Shown: positions 43,919-52,528 of the stretch, one piece after another
Position numbering within the stretch: the first letter of the stretch is position 1
How the letters are laid out: each line of letters opens with the position of its first letter
Origin: Candidatus Limnocylindrales bacterium
GTDB lineage: Bacteria; Chloroflexota; Limnocylindria; Limnocylindrales; CSP1-4
Direction of reading: 5' to 3'
Length of the DNA: 56,526 nucleotides
Assembly: GCA_040883225.1 (NCBI GenBank)
Contig: JBFLKP010000169.1
Coordinates: 1 to 56,526 of the forward strand
Made by a program: the position numbers and the translations under genes
Notes under the pieces: generated by a model
The model's database searches: none
What the model was told of the DNA's origin: nothing
Seen by the model: the letters and a program-made list of their open reading frames with translations, nothing else

Positions 43919-44536
43919 GTGATGGCCGACCTGTCAATATCCGATGAACAAGACCGTTCACTCAAACGCCCGTATCGCATGCGACGCCGTGCCGAACAGG
44001 TCGACGAGACGCGGCAGCGCATCACCGAAGCTGCGATGAGGCTGCACACCTCGGTCGGCCCCTCGAACACGACCCTCTCGGGCGTCGCCGAAGCGGCCGG
44101 GGTCACACGGCTGACGGTCTACCGCCACTTCGCGGACCTCGATGCGCTCTTCGTCGCGTGCATGGGCCACTGGAGCGCGCTCAACCCGACCCCCGACCTC
44201 GAGGCCTGGACCAGGATCGAGTCACTGCCGGATCGAGCCGGGCGGGCGTTCCGCGAGCTCTACGAGTGGTACGCGGTGCGCCACGAGGAGCTCTACCCCA
44301 TCTACCGGGACCGGAGCGCCATGCCCGGGTCGGCGCAGGCGGCGATGACGGCGCAGACCGACGCGATGGCCGCAGCCATCGTGCCGGCAGAGAAGCCCGG
44401 AGGTGCCGTGCGTCGTGCGGTCGCTCGCCACCTCGTGGACTTCTGGACCTGGCGCTCGCTCGTGGTCGAGGGAGGCCTGGCGGTGCCATCGGCGGCCCAA
44501 GCCGCCGTGGCCATGCTCCTGGCCGTGGAGGCCTGA
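43919..44536 (+). CDS. TetR-family transcriptional regulator
   Basis: 205 aa. HTH region ETRQRITEAAMRLHTSVGPSNTTLSGVAEAAGVTRLTVYRHF. Divergent from the cupin operon across a 43-bp spacer. Confidence 0.85.
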   Translation: MMADLSISDEQDRSLKRPYRMRRRAEQVDETRQRITEAAMRLHTSVGPSNTTLSGVAEAAGVTRLTVYRHFADLDALFVACMGHWSALNPTPDLEAWTRIESLPDRAGRAFRELYEWYAVRHEELYPIYRDRSAMPGSAQAAMTAQTDAMAAAIVPAEKPGGAVRRAVARHLVDFWTWRSLVVEGGLAVPSAAQAAVAMLLAVEA

Positions 44537-44578
44537 GCGGAGGGTCCGGTCAGGACGCAGACTGGCCGACGGTCACCG

Positions 44579-45688
44579 TCACAAGCCGATGGACGTCGTG
44601 GCAGGGAAGGGCACGCCGACGCGGTCTCCGACCTCCACGAGGTTCGCATGGTGCTCGACGTCGATGACCACGCCTCGTGCATCCGAGCGGCTCTCGGCCT
44701 TGGCCTCGGGCTCGCCGGGGATGAGGATGCGGTCGGGCGCGTCGGGGGCGGTCCTCGCGGCGACGAGCAGATCGAGCTCCGCCTCGAGGCGCCTCTCGAA
44801 GGCACCGGGCTCGTCGATGGCGTCAGGGTCGATGGCTATGAAGACCTGGCCCAGGTCGGCCGCGCCGTCCCGTGTCGAGAACAGCGGGATGATGAGGGGC
44901 GCGGCCGTCGAGCCACCGAGCACGCCGCTGAGGAGGTCGACCACCAGCGTCAGCCCGTAGCCCTTGTGGCCGCCGGTCTCCTCCACGCCTCCGAGGGGCA
45001 GGAGCGCGCCTTCGAACGCGGCCGCGGGGTCGGTCGTGGGGCGTCCCGCCGCATCGATGGCCCACCCGGGCTGGAGCTGCTCGTGGCGTCGCGAGGCGAC
45101 CTCGACCTTGCCGCGCGTGATGGTCGAGGTGGCCATGTCCAGGCAGAAGTGGGCTCGTCGCCCGGCCGGCGCGGCCACGGCCAGCGGGTTCGTGCCCAGC
45201 ACCGGGTCGACGCCGCGCGTGGCCGCCACCAGCGGGGAGGTGTTGGTCATGCTGACACCGATGAGTCCCGCGTCAGCGGCCCGCAGCGCGTACCAGCCGG
45301 CGATGCCGAAGTGGTTGGAGGCCCGCACCACGGCGGTGTAGCTCCCGGTCTTTCGAGCACCCTCGATGGCCGCGTCCATGGCCACGCGCGAGGCGTGGTG
45401 GCCCCAGCCGTTGTGGGCATCGAAGAGCTCGATGGCGGCCTTCGAGCGAACCTGCTCCGGTCGCGCCGACGGGTCCATGGTGCCGGCCTCGATGAGGGCC
45501 AGATACTGCGGCAGGCGGGCTGTGCCGTGGGACGCGATGGCGCGTCGGTCGGCCGCTACCAGCACCTCGGCCACGTCGGCGGCGATGTCGGTCGGGGTGG
45601 CGTGCCGCTCGAGCACAGCGGCGGTCCAGGTTCGCAGCGACTCGGCGGGCAGCGCTCGACCGCCTACAGGGTCGGCATACGTCGGCAT
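44579..45688 (-). CDS. Ldh_2-family (malate/L-lactate/ureidoglycolate dehydrogenase type 2) oxidoreductase
   Basis: Start ATG 45688. [29 protein letters not shown] and GGHKGYGL motifs. Confidence 0.85.
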   Translation of the reverse strand: MPTYADPVGGRALPAESLRTWTAAVLERHATPTDIAADVAEVLVAADRRAIASHGTARLPQYLALIEAGTMDPSARPEQVRSKAAIELFDAHNGWGHHASRVAMDAAIEGARKTGSYTAVVRASNHFGIAGWYALRAADAGLIGVSMTNTSPLVAATRGVDPVLGTNPLAVAAPAGRRAHFCLDMATSTITRGKVEVASRRHEQLQPGWAIDAAGRPTTDPAAAFEGALLPLGGVEETGGHKGYGLTLVVDLLSGVLGGSTAAPLIIPLFSTRDGAADLGQVFIAIDPDAIDEPGAFERRLEAELDLLVAARTAPDAPDRILIPGEPEAKAESRSDARGVVIDVEHHANLVEVGDRVGVPFPATTSIGL

Positions 45689-45722
45689 GGCCAGAGGGTA
45701 GCCGCTCGCGGATGCTAGCCTG

Positions 45723-45762
45723 CGGCCACCCGGCCACCCGGCCACCCGGCCACCCGGACACC
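45723..45762. repeat. octanucleotide tandem repeat (CGGCCACC x4 perfect plus 1 imperfect) in a divergent promoter region
   Basis: cggccacc at 45723, 45731, 45739 and 45747, then cggacacc at 45755. Lies between the Ldh_2 start (45688) and the 2-hydroxyacid dehydrogenase start (45778). Confidence 0.95.
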
Positions 45763-45777
45763 CGCCAGGAGCGATGC

Positions 45778-46746
45778 ATGCCCAGCCGACCGCGCGTCCT
45801 CGTCACCCGCCGCATCCCCGAGGCCGGCCTCGCAGCGGTCCGCGCCGACGCCGAGGTCGACCTCTGGGAGGAGGAGCTGCCGCCGCCGCGGGAGGAGCTG
45901 CTCGTGCGGGTCCGCGGGGTCGACGGGCTGCTCTCGCTGCTGACCGACCGCGTGGACGGGGAGCTGCTCGAGGCCGCGGGTCCGACGCTCAAGGTGGTGA
46001 GCAACTACGCGGTGGGCTACGACAACATCGACGTGGCCGCCTGTCGCGCCCGCGGGGTCGCCGTGGGCAACACGCCGGACGTGCTCACCGAGACCACCGC
46101 GGACCTCGCCTTCGCGCTGCTGATGGCCGTCGCTCGCCGCCTGCCCGAGGGCCACCACTTCGTGCGCGGTGATCGCTGGCAGACGTGGGGTCCGCTGCTG
46201 CTGTTGGGCAAGGACGTCCACGGCGCCACCCTGGGCATCGTGGGCCTTGGGCGCATCGGGCGGGAGGTGGCGCGCCGTGCGCGGGGTTTCGGCATGCGCA
46301 CGCTCTACCACAGCCGACGGCAGGCGCCACCGGAGGTGGAGGCGGAGCTTGGCGCCACCTTTGCGTCGCTCGACGAACTCCTGGCCGCGTCGGACTTCGT
46401 CAGCCTGCACGTCGCGCTGACCGAGGAGACGCGTCAGCTCATCGATGCTGCGGCCCTGGCCCGCATGAAGCGTGGCGCCATCCTCGTCAACACCAGTCGG
46501 GGCGGGATCGTCGACCAGACGGCGCTGGCCGAAGCCCTGCGCTCGGGGCACCTCTTCGGGGCCGGGCTCGACGTCACCGACCCGGAGCCGATGCGCGCGG
46601 ACGACCCGTTCCTGCAGCTGCCGAACTGCCTGGTGGTACCGCACATCGGCTCGGCCTCGGAGCGGACACGCGAGCGCATGGCGCAGAAGGCGGCGGCGAA
46701 CCTCGTGGCCGGCCTGCGCGGGGAGGCACTGCCGGACCCGGTCTAG
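45778..46746 (+). CDS. D-isomer-specific 2-hydroxyacid dehydrogenase (glyoxylate/hydroxypyruvate reductase GhrB-like)
   Basis: 322 aa from ATG 45778. [18 protein letters not shown] fold and the PHIGSAS catalytic His region. Confidence 0.9.
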   Translation: MPSRPRVLVTRRIPEAGLAAVRADAEVDLWEEELPPPREELLVRVRGVDGLLSLLTDRVDGELLEAAGPTLKVVSNYAVGYDNIDVAACRARGVAVGNTPDVLTETTADLAFALLMAVARRLPEGHHFVRGDRWQTWGPLLLLGKDVHGATLGIVGLGRIGREVARRARGFGMRTLYHSRRQAPPEVEAELGATFASLDELLAASDFVSLHVALTEETRQLIDAAALARMKRGAILVNTSRGGIVDQTALAEALRSGHLFGAGLDVTDPEPMRADDPFLQLPNCLVVPHIGSASERTRERMAQKAAANLVAGLRGEALPDPV

Positions 46747-46780
46747 CTAGCCGGCCACGATCTTCGAGCGCTGCTGGCCC
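46714..46780. repeat. 67-bp direct repeat, copy 1 (carries the functional 3' end of the dehydrogenase gene plus a relic 3' end of the FAH gene)
   Basis: 65/67 identical to 46947-47013. Mismatches at 46752 and 46764. Confidence 0.95.
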
Positions 46781-46812
46781 CGATGGCGGCTGTCCCGTGT
46801 CCCCTGCGGAAT

Positions 46813-46914
46813 GCCAATCGACCGGCGAGTACCTCGATCGAGCGACCTCGGGCTTCGGCTGGCCTACTGCATGGGACATGCGGAGAAGCGGAGCTGTTTC
46901 CGCGGTCGATTGGC
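46813..46914. repeat. perfect 12-bp inverted repeat (GCCAATCGACCG / CGGTCGATTGGC) enclosing a 78-nt hairpin-rich segment
   Basis: Arms at 46813-46824 and 46903-46914. Between the arms: palindrome CTCGATCGAG (46833-42) and hairpin GCGGA-N6-TCCGC (about 46888-46903); a further hairpin, CCCAC-ata-GTGGG (46914-46926), starts at the last base of the distal arm and extends beyond this feature. Confidence 0.85.
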
Positions 46915-46946
46915 CCACATAGTGGGACGGGCGGCGAGCGCGTGCG

Positions 46947-47013
46947 CTGCGCGGGGAGGCACTGCCGGACCCGGTCTAGCTAGCTGGCCACGATCTCCGA
47001 GCGCTGCTGGCCC
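46947..47013. repeat. 67-bp direct repeat, copy 2 (carries a relic 3' end of the dehydrogenase gene plus the functional 3' end of the FAH gene)
   Basis: See copy 1. Contains gtcTAG|CTAgct, i.e. the two convergent stop codons abutting with zero spacer. Confidence 0.95.
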
Positions 47014-47831
47014 AGGCCCTCGACGCCCATCTCGACGACATCGCCCACCGCGAGGAAGGGGTACTTGCCGGAGAGCGCGACACCCTGCGGCGTGCCCGTG
47101 TTGATGAGGTCGCCCGGCTCCAGGATCATGTACTGCGACAGGTGCCGCACGACCGTTGCCACGGGGAAGATGAGGTCGGACGTGTTCGAGTCCTGGCGGG
47201 GCTCGCCGTTGACCGTCGACCACAGGCGCAGCCCACCCGGATCGACCTCGTCGGCCGGCACGAGCCAGGGGCCGACCGGCGCGAACGTCGGTGCGCTCTT
47301 GCCCAGGGCCCACTGCCCAGAGGAGTGGTTCAGCTGCCACTCCCGCTCCGAGACGTCGTGGGAGGTGACGTAGCCGGCGACCGCGGCTATGGCCGCCTCA
47401 TCGGACTCGAGGTAGCTCGAGCGCGAGCCGATGACGATCCCGAGCTCGACCTCCCAGTCCACCTTGCTGCTCGCGCGCGGCAGGGCGATGGGGTCGTTGG
47501 GCCCGACCATGGAGCTGGGGTGCTTGAGGAAGACGATGGGCATCTGCGGCGGCGGGTTGCCGGATTCGGCCGCGTGGGCAGCGTAGTTCTGGCCGATGCA
47601 GACGATGGCCGGCGGGCGCGCGATGGGCGCACCGACGCGGAGGCCGGCCGCGCCCTCGAGCTCCGGCAGCTCGCCGGCCCGGGCGGCGCTGCGCGCGCGG
47701 TCGACCCCGCCACCCGCGAGGAAGGCGCCGTCGATGTCGGTCGTCAGCGGCCGCAGGTCGAGGACCCGACCGTCGAGCTCGATGGCGGGTGTCTCGGCTC
47801 CGGCGGGGCCGAGACGGCGCAGTGTCGTCAC
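46980..47831 (-). CDS. fumarylacetoacetate hydrolase (FAH) family protein
   Basis: 283 aa. ICIGQNYAAHAAE, VDWEVELGIVIG, GDLINTGTPQGV. Confidence 0.9.
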   Translation of the reverse strand: MTTLRRLGPAGAETPAIELDGRVLDLRPLTTDIDGAFLAGGGVDRARSAARAGELPELEGAAGLRVGAPIARPPAIVCIGQNYAAHAAESGNPPPQMPIVFLKHPSSMVGPNDPIALPRASSKVDWEVELGIVIGSRSSYLESDEAAIAAVAGYVTSHDVSEREWQLNHSSGQWALGKSAPTFAPVGPWLVPADEVDPGGLRLWSTVNGEPRQDSNTSDLIFPVATVVRHLSQYMILEPGDLINTGTPQGVALSGKYPFLAVGDVVEMGVEGLGQQRSEIVAS

Positions 47832-47888
47832 GGGTGCTCCTTGTGGCTGGTGGGCCCGCCCATCTTACGAGGCTGCTGGTGCGCTGAT

Positions 47889-48683
47889 CTACCAGGCGAG
47901 GTAGCCGCCGTCGATGACGATGTCGGCCCCGGTCATCATGTCCGATGCCTCGGAGGCGAGGTAGACGGCGGCTCCCACGAGGTCGCTGACCTCCGCCATG
48001 CGGCCCATCGGCGTGCGCTCCATCCAGACGGGGTACTTCTCGGCGCCGACCGGCTTCAGGATGAAGTCGTCCACGAGCTTCGTGCGCGTGTAGGTGGGGC
48101 TGATGCTGTTGACGCGCACACCGCGAGTGGCCCACTCGGCGGCCAGGCTGCGGGTGAGATGCAGGACGCCGGCCTTGGAGGCGTTGTAGGCCGCCTGGTG
48201 CTGCGGGTGGTTGACGATGTGGGCGGACATCGAGGCGGTGTTGATGATCTTGCCGTAGCCGGCCTCGAGCATGAACCTGGCCTCGGCCTGGGCGCAGCGG
48301 AAGACGCCGTCGAGGTTGAGGTCCATGATCCGGCGCCACGCATCGGTGGACATCGTCTCGGCGTCGTGCCACTCGGCGATGCCGGCGTTGTTCACGCCGA
48401 TGGTCAGCGATCCCCAGTGGTCGACGATGCGGTCGACCATCTGATCCATCAGCTCGGGCTGGGTGACATCGATGTCGAGGACCATGGCGTCGATGCCCTT
48501 GGCCGTCAGCTCCTGGGCCACGGTCTCGCCGGCTTCGGTGTCGATGTCGACGATGGCGACCTTGGCGCCGGCCTCACCCAGCGCGTGGGCGAAGCCGCGA
48601 CCGATGCCGTTGGCGCCACCGGTGACCAGGGCCACGCGGTCGTCGAGGCGGAAGCGCTCGAGGATGTTCTTGTCTTCGGTCAT
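47889..48683 (-). CDS. SDR-family oxidoreductase (classical)
   Basis: 264 aa. [15 protein letters not shown], catalytic YNASK. Confidence 0.9.
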   Translation of the reverse strand: MTEDKNILERFRLDDRVALVTGGANGIGRGFAHALGEAGAKVAIVDIDTEAGETVAQELTAKGIDAMVLDIDVTQPELMDQMVDRIVDHWGSLTIGVNNAGIAEWHDAETMSTDAWRRIMDLNLDGVFRCAQAEARFMLEAGYGKIINTASMSAHIVNHPQHQAAYNASKAGVLHLTRSLAAEWATRGVRVNSISPTYTRTKLVDDFILKPVGAEKYPVWMERTPMGRMAEVSDLVGAAVYLASEASDMMTGADIVIDGGYLAW

Positions 48684-48712
48684 GCGGTGTCCCCGATCGG
48701 TGGGTGGAGGTG

Positions 48713-49459
48713 CTAGATGTCCTGGTTCTGCGGCAGGATGACGAGGTCGCGGATGGTCACGTGCGGCGGCTGCGAGAGCATGAAGACCACGGCCCGCGCG
48801 ACGTCCTCCGCCCGGATGAAGCCGTGCTCGACATCGGTCAGCTGGGCGATCTCATCGGGATCGGTCTTGTCCCACAGCTCCGTGGCCGTGGCACCAGGAG
48901 CGATGAGCCCGACCCGCAATCCCAGCGGAGCCACCTGACGGCGGAGCGTGTGCACCAGGCCCGTGACGGCGTGCTTCGAGGCGCTGTAGATCGGCTCCCA
49001 TTCGATGTCGACGAAGCCGGAGATCGAGCTCGAGACGAGGATGTCCCCGGAGCCCTGGGCCTTCATCTGCTCGAGCACCGCGTGGGCGCAGTACATGACC
49101 CCGTCGATGTTGACCTTCATGAGGTTCGACCACGAGTCGGGGTCGCCCTCGATGGCCTGGCCGGGGATGTAGATGCCGGCGTTGGCGAACATCACGTCGA
49201 CACGCCCGAACCGCTCGATCGTGGTCTCGACCATGGCCACGACCTCGTCGCGTCGGGTCACATCGGTGCGTACCGTGAGCACGTCCGAGCCGAGCTCCGC
49301 AGCCAGCGCCTCGAGCTTGTCCGTCTGGCGGGCGGCGAGGGTCAGTCGGCAGCCGTGCCGGGCCAGCTGGCGAGCGCTCTCGGCCCCGATGCCCGAGCTG
49401 GCGCCGGTGATGATGACGACCTTGCCGTCGAGATCCTGTTGCACGCGCAAGCCTCCCAT
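48713..49459 (-). CDS. SDR-family oxidoreductase (classical)
   Basis: Start ATG 49459. [18 protein letters not shown]. Confidence 0.85.
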   Translation of the reverse strand: MGGLRVQQDLDGKVVIITGASSGIGAESARQLARHGCRLTLAARQTDKLEALAAELGSDVLTVRTDVTRRDEVVAMVETTIERFGRVDVMFANAGIYIPGQAIEGDPDSWSNLMKVNIDGVMYCAHAVLEQMKAQGSGDILVSSSISGFVDIEWEPIYSASKHAVTGLVHTLRRQVAPLGLRVGLIAPGATATELWDKTDPDEIAQLTDVEHGFIRAEDVARAVVFMLSQPPHVTIRDLVILPQNQDI

Positions 49460-49619
49460 CGTGTCGAGCTGCCTGGAGTGAGTGTGGGAGAACGTCGAAC
49501 CCAGCCACAGTCTGACGGACCCGGTCTGGCCCTGTCGTCCTGATCCCCGCGGCTTCGCGCCCACAGCGGCGGGGGTACGCTGTCTTCGCGTCCCGCAGCC
49601 ACAGCGCAGAAGGAGGCTG

Positions 49620-51098
49620 ATGCGTACCGTCTGGGTCTTCGGCGATCAGCTCCACCGCAGGGTCGGGGCACTGGCCGACAGCACGCCCCGCGACACACGT
49701 GTGCTCCTCGTCGAGAGCGAGGCCCTCCTGGGCTCGGGCCGGCACGTGCAGCGGCTACACCTCGTCATCGCGGCCATGCGCCGGTTCGCCCGCGAGCTGG
49801 CCGACCAGGGCTTCGAGGTCGACCTGCGGCGGGCCCCGTCGCTCTCGTCGGGGCTCCGGGCCCATGTGCGGGAGCACGCCCCTGACGAGGTCGTGGCCAC
49901 CGAGCCCAATTCTCGAGCGGCACGGGCGCTGTGCGTGCGCCTCGAGGTCCGCCAGGTCCGCTCGGACCAGTTCCTCTGCCACCCCGACGAGTTCGCGGCC
50001 TGGGCGGAGGGCCGACGGACCTTGCGGATGGAGGACTTCTATCGCTGGCAACGCACCCGCCTGGGCTACCTCATGCAAGGCGACGAGCCGGCCGAGGGCC
50101 GCTGGAACTTCGACCAGGACAACCGGGAGCCGCCGCCCGAGGACCCCTCGCTCTTCACCCAGCCGCCGATCTCGGAGCTCGACGAGCTCGATGAGGACGT
50201 GCTGGCCTCGCTGCCCGGTGGGAAGGGCCGCTCGCCCGTGGGGCTGTGGGCTACGTCGCGCGGAGAGGCGCTCGCCCGCCTCGACCACTTCCTCGATCAT
50301 GAGCTTCCGCGCTTCGGGCCGTACGAGGACGCCATGACGAGCCGCTCGTGGTCGCTGGCCCACTCGATGCTGAGCCCGTATCTCAACCTGGGCCTGCTTC
50401 GACCCGGCGAGGTCTGTGACGCGGTCGAGCAGCGCTACCGTGCCGGCTCGGTGCCCATCGCCTCGGCCGAGGGCTTCATCCGCCAGGTCATCGGCTGGCG
50501 CGAATACGTGTGGGGGCTGTACTGGCTCTGGCCCGAGCTGGGCGAGGCCAACGCGCTCGAGCACGAGCGCGGGCTGCCGGCCGCGTTCGAGGGCACGGCC
50601 CGGACCGAGATGCGCTGCCTCGCCGACACGCTCGACGGCCTCGAGGAGCGAGCGTGGGTCCACCACATCCCGCGCCTGATGGTGCTGTCCAGCCTGGCCA
50701 ACCTCTATGGCGCCGAGCCCCGCGCGGTGATGGACTGGATGAGCGACCGCTACATCGACGCGGCCGAGTGGGTGATGGTGCCCAACGTCATGGGCATGGG
50801 GCTGTGGGCCGATGGCGGCCGGATGGCCAGCAAACCCTATGTCTCGGGCGGGGCCTACATCGATCGTATGAGCGACTACTGCGGCGAGTGCCCGTACGAC
50901 CCGCGCCGGCGGACCGGCGAGACGGCCTGTCCCTTCACCACGCTCTACTGGGATTTCCTCGCCCGGCACCAGGAGCGCCTCAAGGGCAACCACCGCCTGG
51001 CGCGTCCGCTGGCGGGCATGCGCCGCCTCAAGGACCTGCCGGAGGTGCGTGAGCGCGCGGCCGCCATCATCGAGGGCCTCGAGCAGGGGTCCATCTGA
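49620..51098 (+). CDS. cryptochrome/photolyase-family protein of the Fe-S bacterial type (FeS-BCP, (6-4) photolyase-like)
   Basis: 492 aa from ATG 49620, with AGGAGG upstream. Four Cys spaced C-x87-C-x2-C-x12-C (RCLADT ... YCGECPYDPRRRTGETACPF), the 4Fe-4S ligand spacing of the PhrB/CryB group. COG3046-type N-terminus MRTVWVFGDQL. Confidence 0.85.
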   Translation: MRTVWVFGDQLHRRVGALADSTPRDTRVLLVESEALLGSGRHVQRLHLVIAAMRRFARELADQGFEVDLRRAPSLSSGLRAHVREHAPDEVVATEPNSRAARALCVRLEVRQVRSDQFLCHPDEFAAWAEGRRTLRMEDFYRWQRTRLGYLMQGDEPAEGRWNFDQDNREPPPEDPSLFTQPPISELDELDEDVLASLPGGKGRSPVGLWATSRGEALARLDHFLDHELPRFGPYEDAMTSRSWSLAHSMLSPYLNLGLLRPGEVCDAVEQRYRAGSVPIASAEGFIRQVIGWREYVWGLYWLWPELGEANALEHERGLPAAFEGTARTEMRCLADTLDGLEERAWVHHIPRLMVLSSLANLYGAEPRAVMDWMSDRYIDAAEWVMVPNVMGMGLWADGGRMASKPYVSGGAYIDRMSDYCGECPYDPRRRTGETACPFTTLYWDFLARHQERLKGNHRLARPLAGMRRLKDLPEVRERAAAIIEGLEQGSI

Positions 51099-51126
51099 CG
51101 CTGCCCGCGAGCGGGCAGCGTCGAGG

Positions 51127-51774
51127 TTAGGGGGCGAGGCGCTCGACCTGCCAGCCCGCTTCCTCGCGCACGTAGCTGAAGCGATCGTGCATGCGGTTGC
51201 GTCGTCCCTGCCAGAACTCGAACATCGAGGGCGTCAGGCGATAGCCGCCCCAGAACGGAGGCAACGGCACCACGTCGGGGAAGCGGCGGTCGATGCGCTC
51301 GGTCGCCGCTTCCAGCTCGGCTCGCTCGGCGAGGGCCCGGCCCTGTGGCGAGGCCCAGGCTGAGAGCTGGCTCTTGCGCGGTCGCTCGGCGAAGTAGGCG
51401 GCGGCCTCCGCCTCCGGCACGATGCTCACGTCCCCGGCCACCCGTACCTGCCGCTGCTGCAGCTCCCAGTGGAAGACCACCGCGGCACGCGGGTTGGCGG
51501 CCAGATCGCGGCCCTTGAGCGACTCGCGGTTGGTGTACCAGGTCAGGCCGCGCTCATCGAGCCCGCGCAGCAGGACCACGCGCGCAGACGGCACGCCACC
51601 GCGGTCAGAGGTGGCCAGGACCATGGCGTTGGGCTCGCGCGAGCCGGCGGCGAGGGCTCCTTCCAGCCACTTCCGAAGCTGCCGCACCGGGTCACGGTCG
51701 AGGTCTTGGCGTGAGAGGGGCTCCTCCGGTCCGTCCGGTCGCCGGCTGACGATGTCGCTCACGCTGGCCACCAT
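51127..51774 (-). CDS. pdxH: pyridoxamine 5'-phosphate oxidase
   Basis: 215 aa. PNAMVLAT, RVVLLRG, and the C-terminal FEFWQGRRNRMHDRF signature. Confidence 0.9.
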   Translation of the reverse strand: MVASVSDIVSRRPDGPEEPLSRQDLDRDPVRQLRKWLEGALAAGSREPNAMVLATSDRGGVPSARVVLLRGLDERGLTWYTNRESLKGRDLAANPRAAVVFHWELQQRQVRVAGDVSIVPEAEAAAYFAERPRKSQLSAWASPQGRALAERAELEAATERIDRRFPDVVPLPPFWGGYRLTPSMFEFWQGRRNRMHDRFSYVREEAGWQVERLAP

Positions 51775-51830
51775 AGCGCGCGAGCCGCTCGCGGCGAGAC
51801 GTCGCGCAAGGCCTGTGACATGCTCCCGCC

Positions 51831-52502
51831 ATGCCCACCGACCGGACGCCCGATCAGGAGCAGCTGGCGACCGCCCAGCTCGACGGGCAGCTGCGGCGCA
51901 TGCGCGGCATGCTCTTCGGCTACTCGGAGCTGTTCTTCGTGCACATGCGCGTGTACACGCTCGTCTCGATCGCCCTGCTCGTGGCTTCGCTGTGGGGGCC
52001 GCTGGGGGGCGCGGTGCTGATCGTGCCCTTCCTCGTGCCGTTCGTGTTCATGGAGGCCAGCTACCTCTTCTGGTACACCGTCTTCGCGCGCCGCCACGCG
52101 GAGTACGTGGAGCGCGCGCTCGCGGCACGATCCGAGTCCGGCGTGCCAGCGGCACATCGCCTGGAGGCAGCCTACTTCTACGACCCTGACGACCCGGCCA
52201 TCTCGGCGCTGGACCTGCGACGTCCGCTCTCGCACATGAGCGCCGCGACCCTGACCTACATGGGCGGCGCAGGCCTGCTCTGGCTGGCCAGCCTGGTCCT
52301 CGGACTCGACTGGATCGAGCGCCAGGTCGACGCCAACGCCCTGCTGGCATTGGTACCGCCCGCGGCGGTGGCCTGGACCGTGGCCATCGCGGCCTACCTC
52401 GTCTACACCTGGCTGCGGCGGCCCGACGAGCGGCGGCTGCTCAGGGAGCTGGAGTCGGTCTACGGTCCGGCATCCGGCTCGAAGGACGCCAGCTCGGAGT
52501 AG
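51831..52502 (+). CDS. hypothetical multi-TM membrane protein
   Basis: 223 aa with four predicted hydrophobic helices and good GC3. No family recognised. Confidence 0.55.
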   Translation: MPTDRTPDQEQLATAQLDGQLRRMRGMLFGYSELFFVHMRVYTLVSIALLVASLWGPLGGAVLIVPFLVPFVFMEASYLFWYTVFARRHAEYVERALAARSESGVPAAHRLEAAYFYDPDDPAISALDLRRPLSHMSAATLTYMGGAGLLWLASLVLGLDWIERQVDANALLALVPPAAVAWTVAIAAYLVYTWLRRPDERRLLRELESVYGPASGSKDASSE

Positions 52503-52528
52503 TCGCGCCGCGTGTGCCATCGGGCGGG

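Noticed and set aside
46714-47013. Insertion sequence, MITE or prophage boundary interpretation of the 67-bp direct repeats.
   Set aside because: No transposase or integrase is present anywhere in the window. A 67-bp duplication is far longer than IS target-site duplications, and the insert has no terminal inverted repeats at its very ends. It is kept as an unexplained duplication or remnant in the findings rather than called a mobile element.
49511-49528. A third copy (16/18) of the core ctgNcggacccggtctNg from the 67-bp repeat, as evidence of a dispersed repeat family.
   Set aside because: A single extra short match in a 56-kb GC-rich window could be chance. It is noted for a genome-wide search but not called a repeat family.
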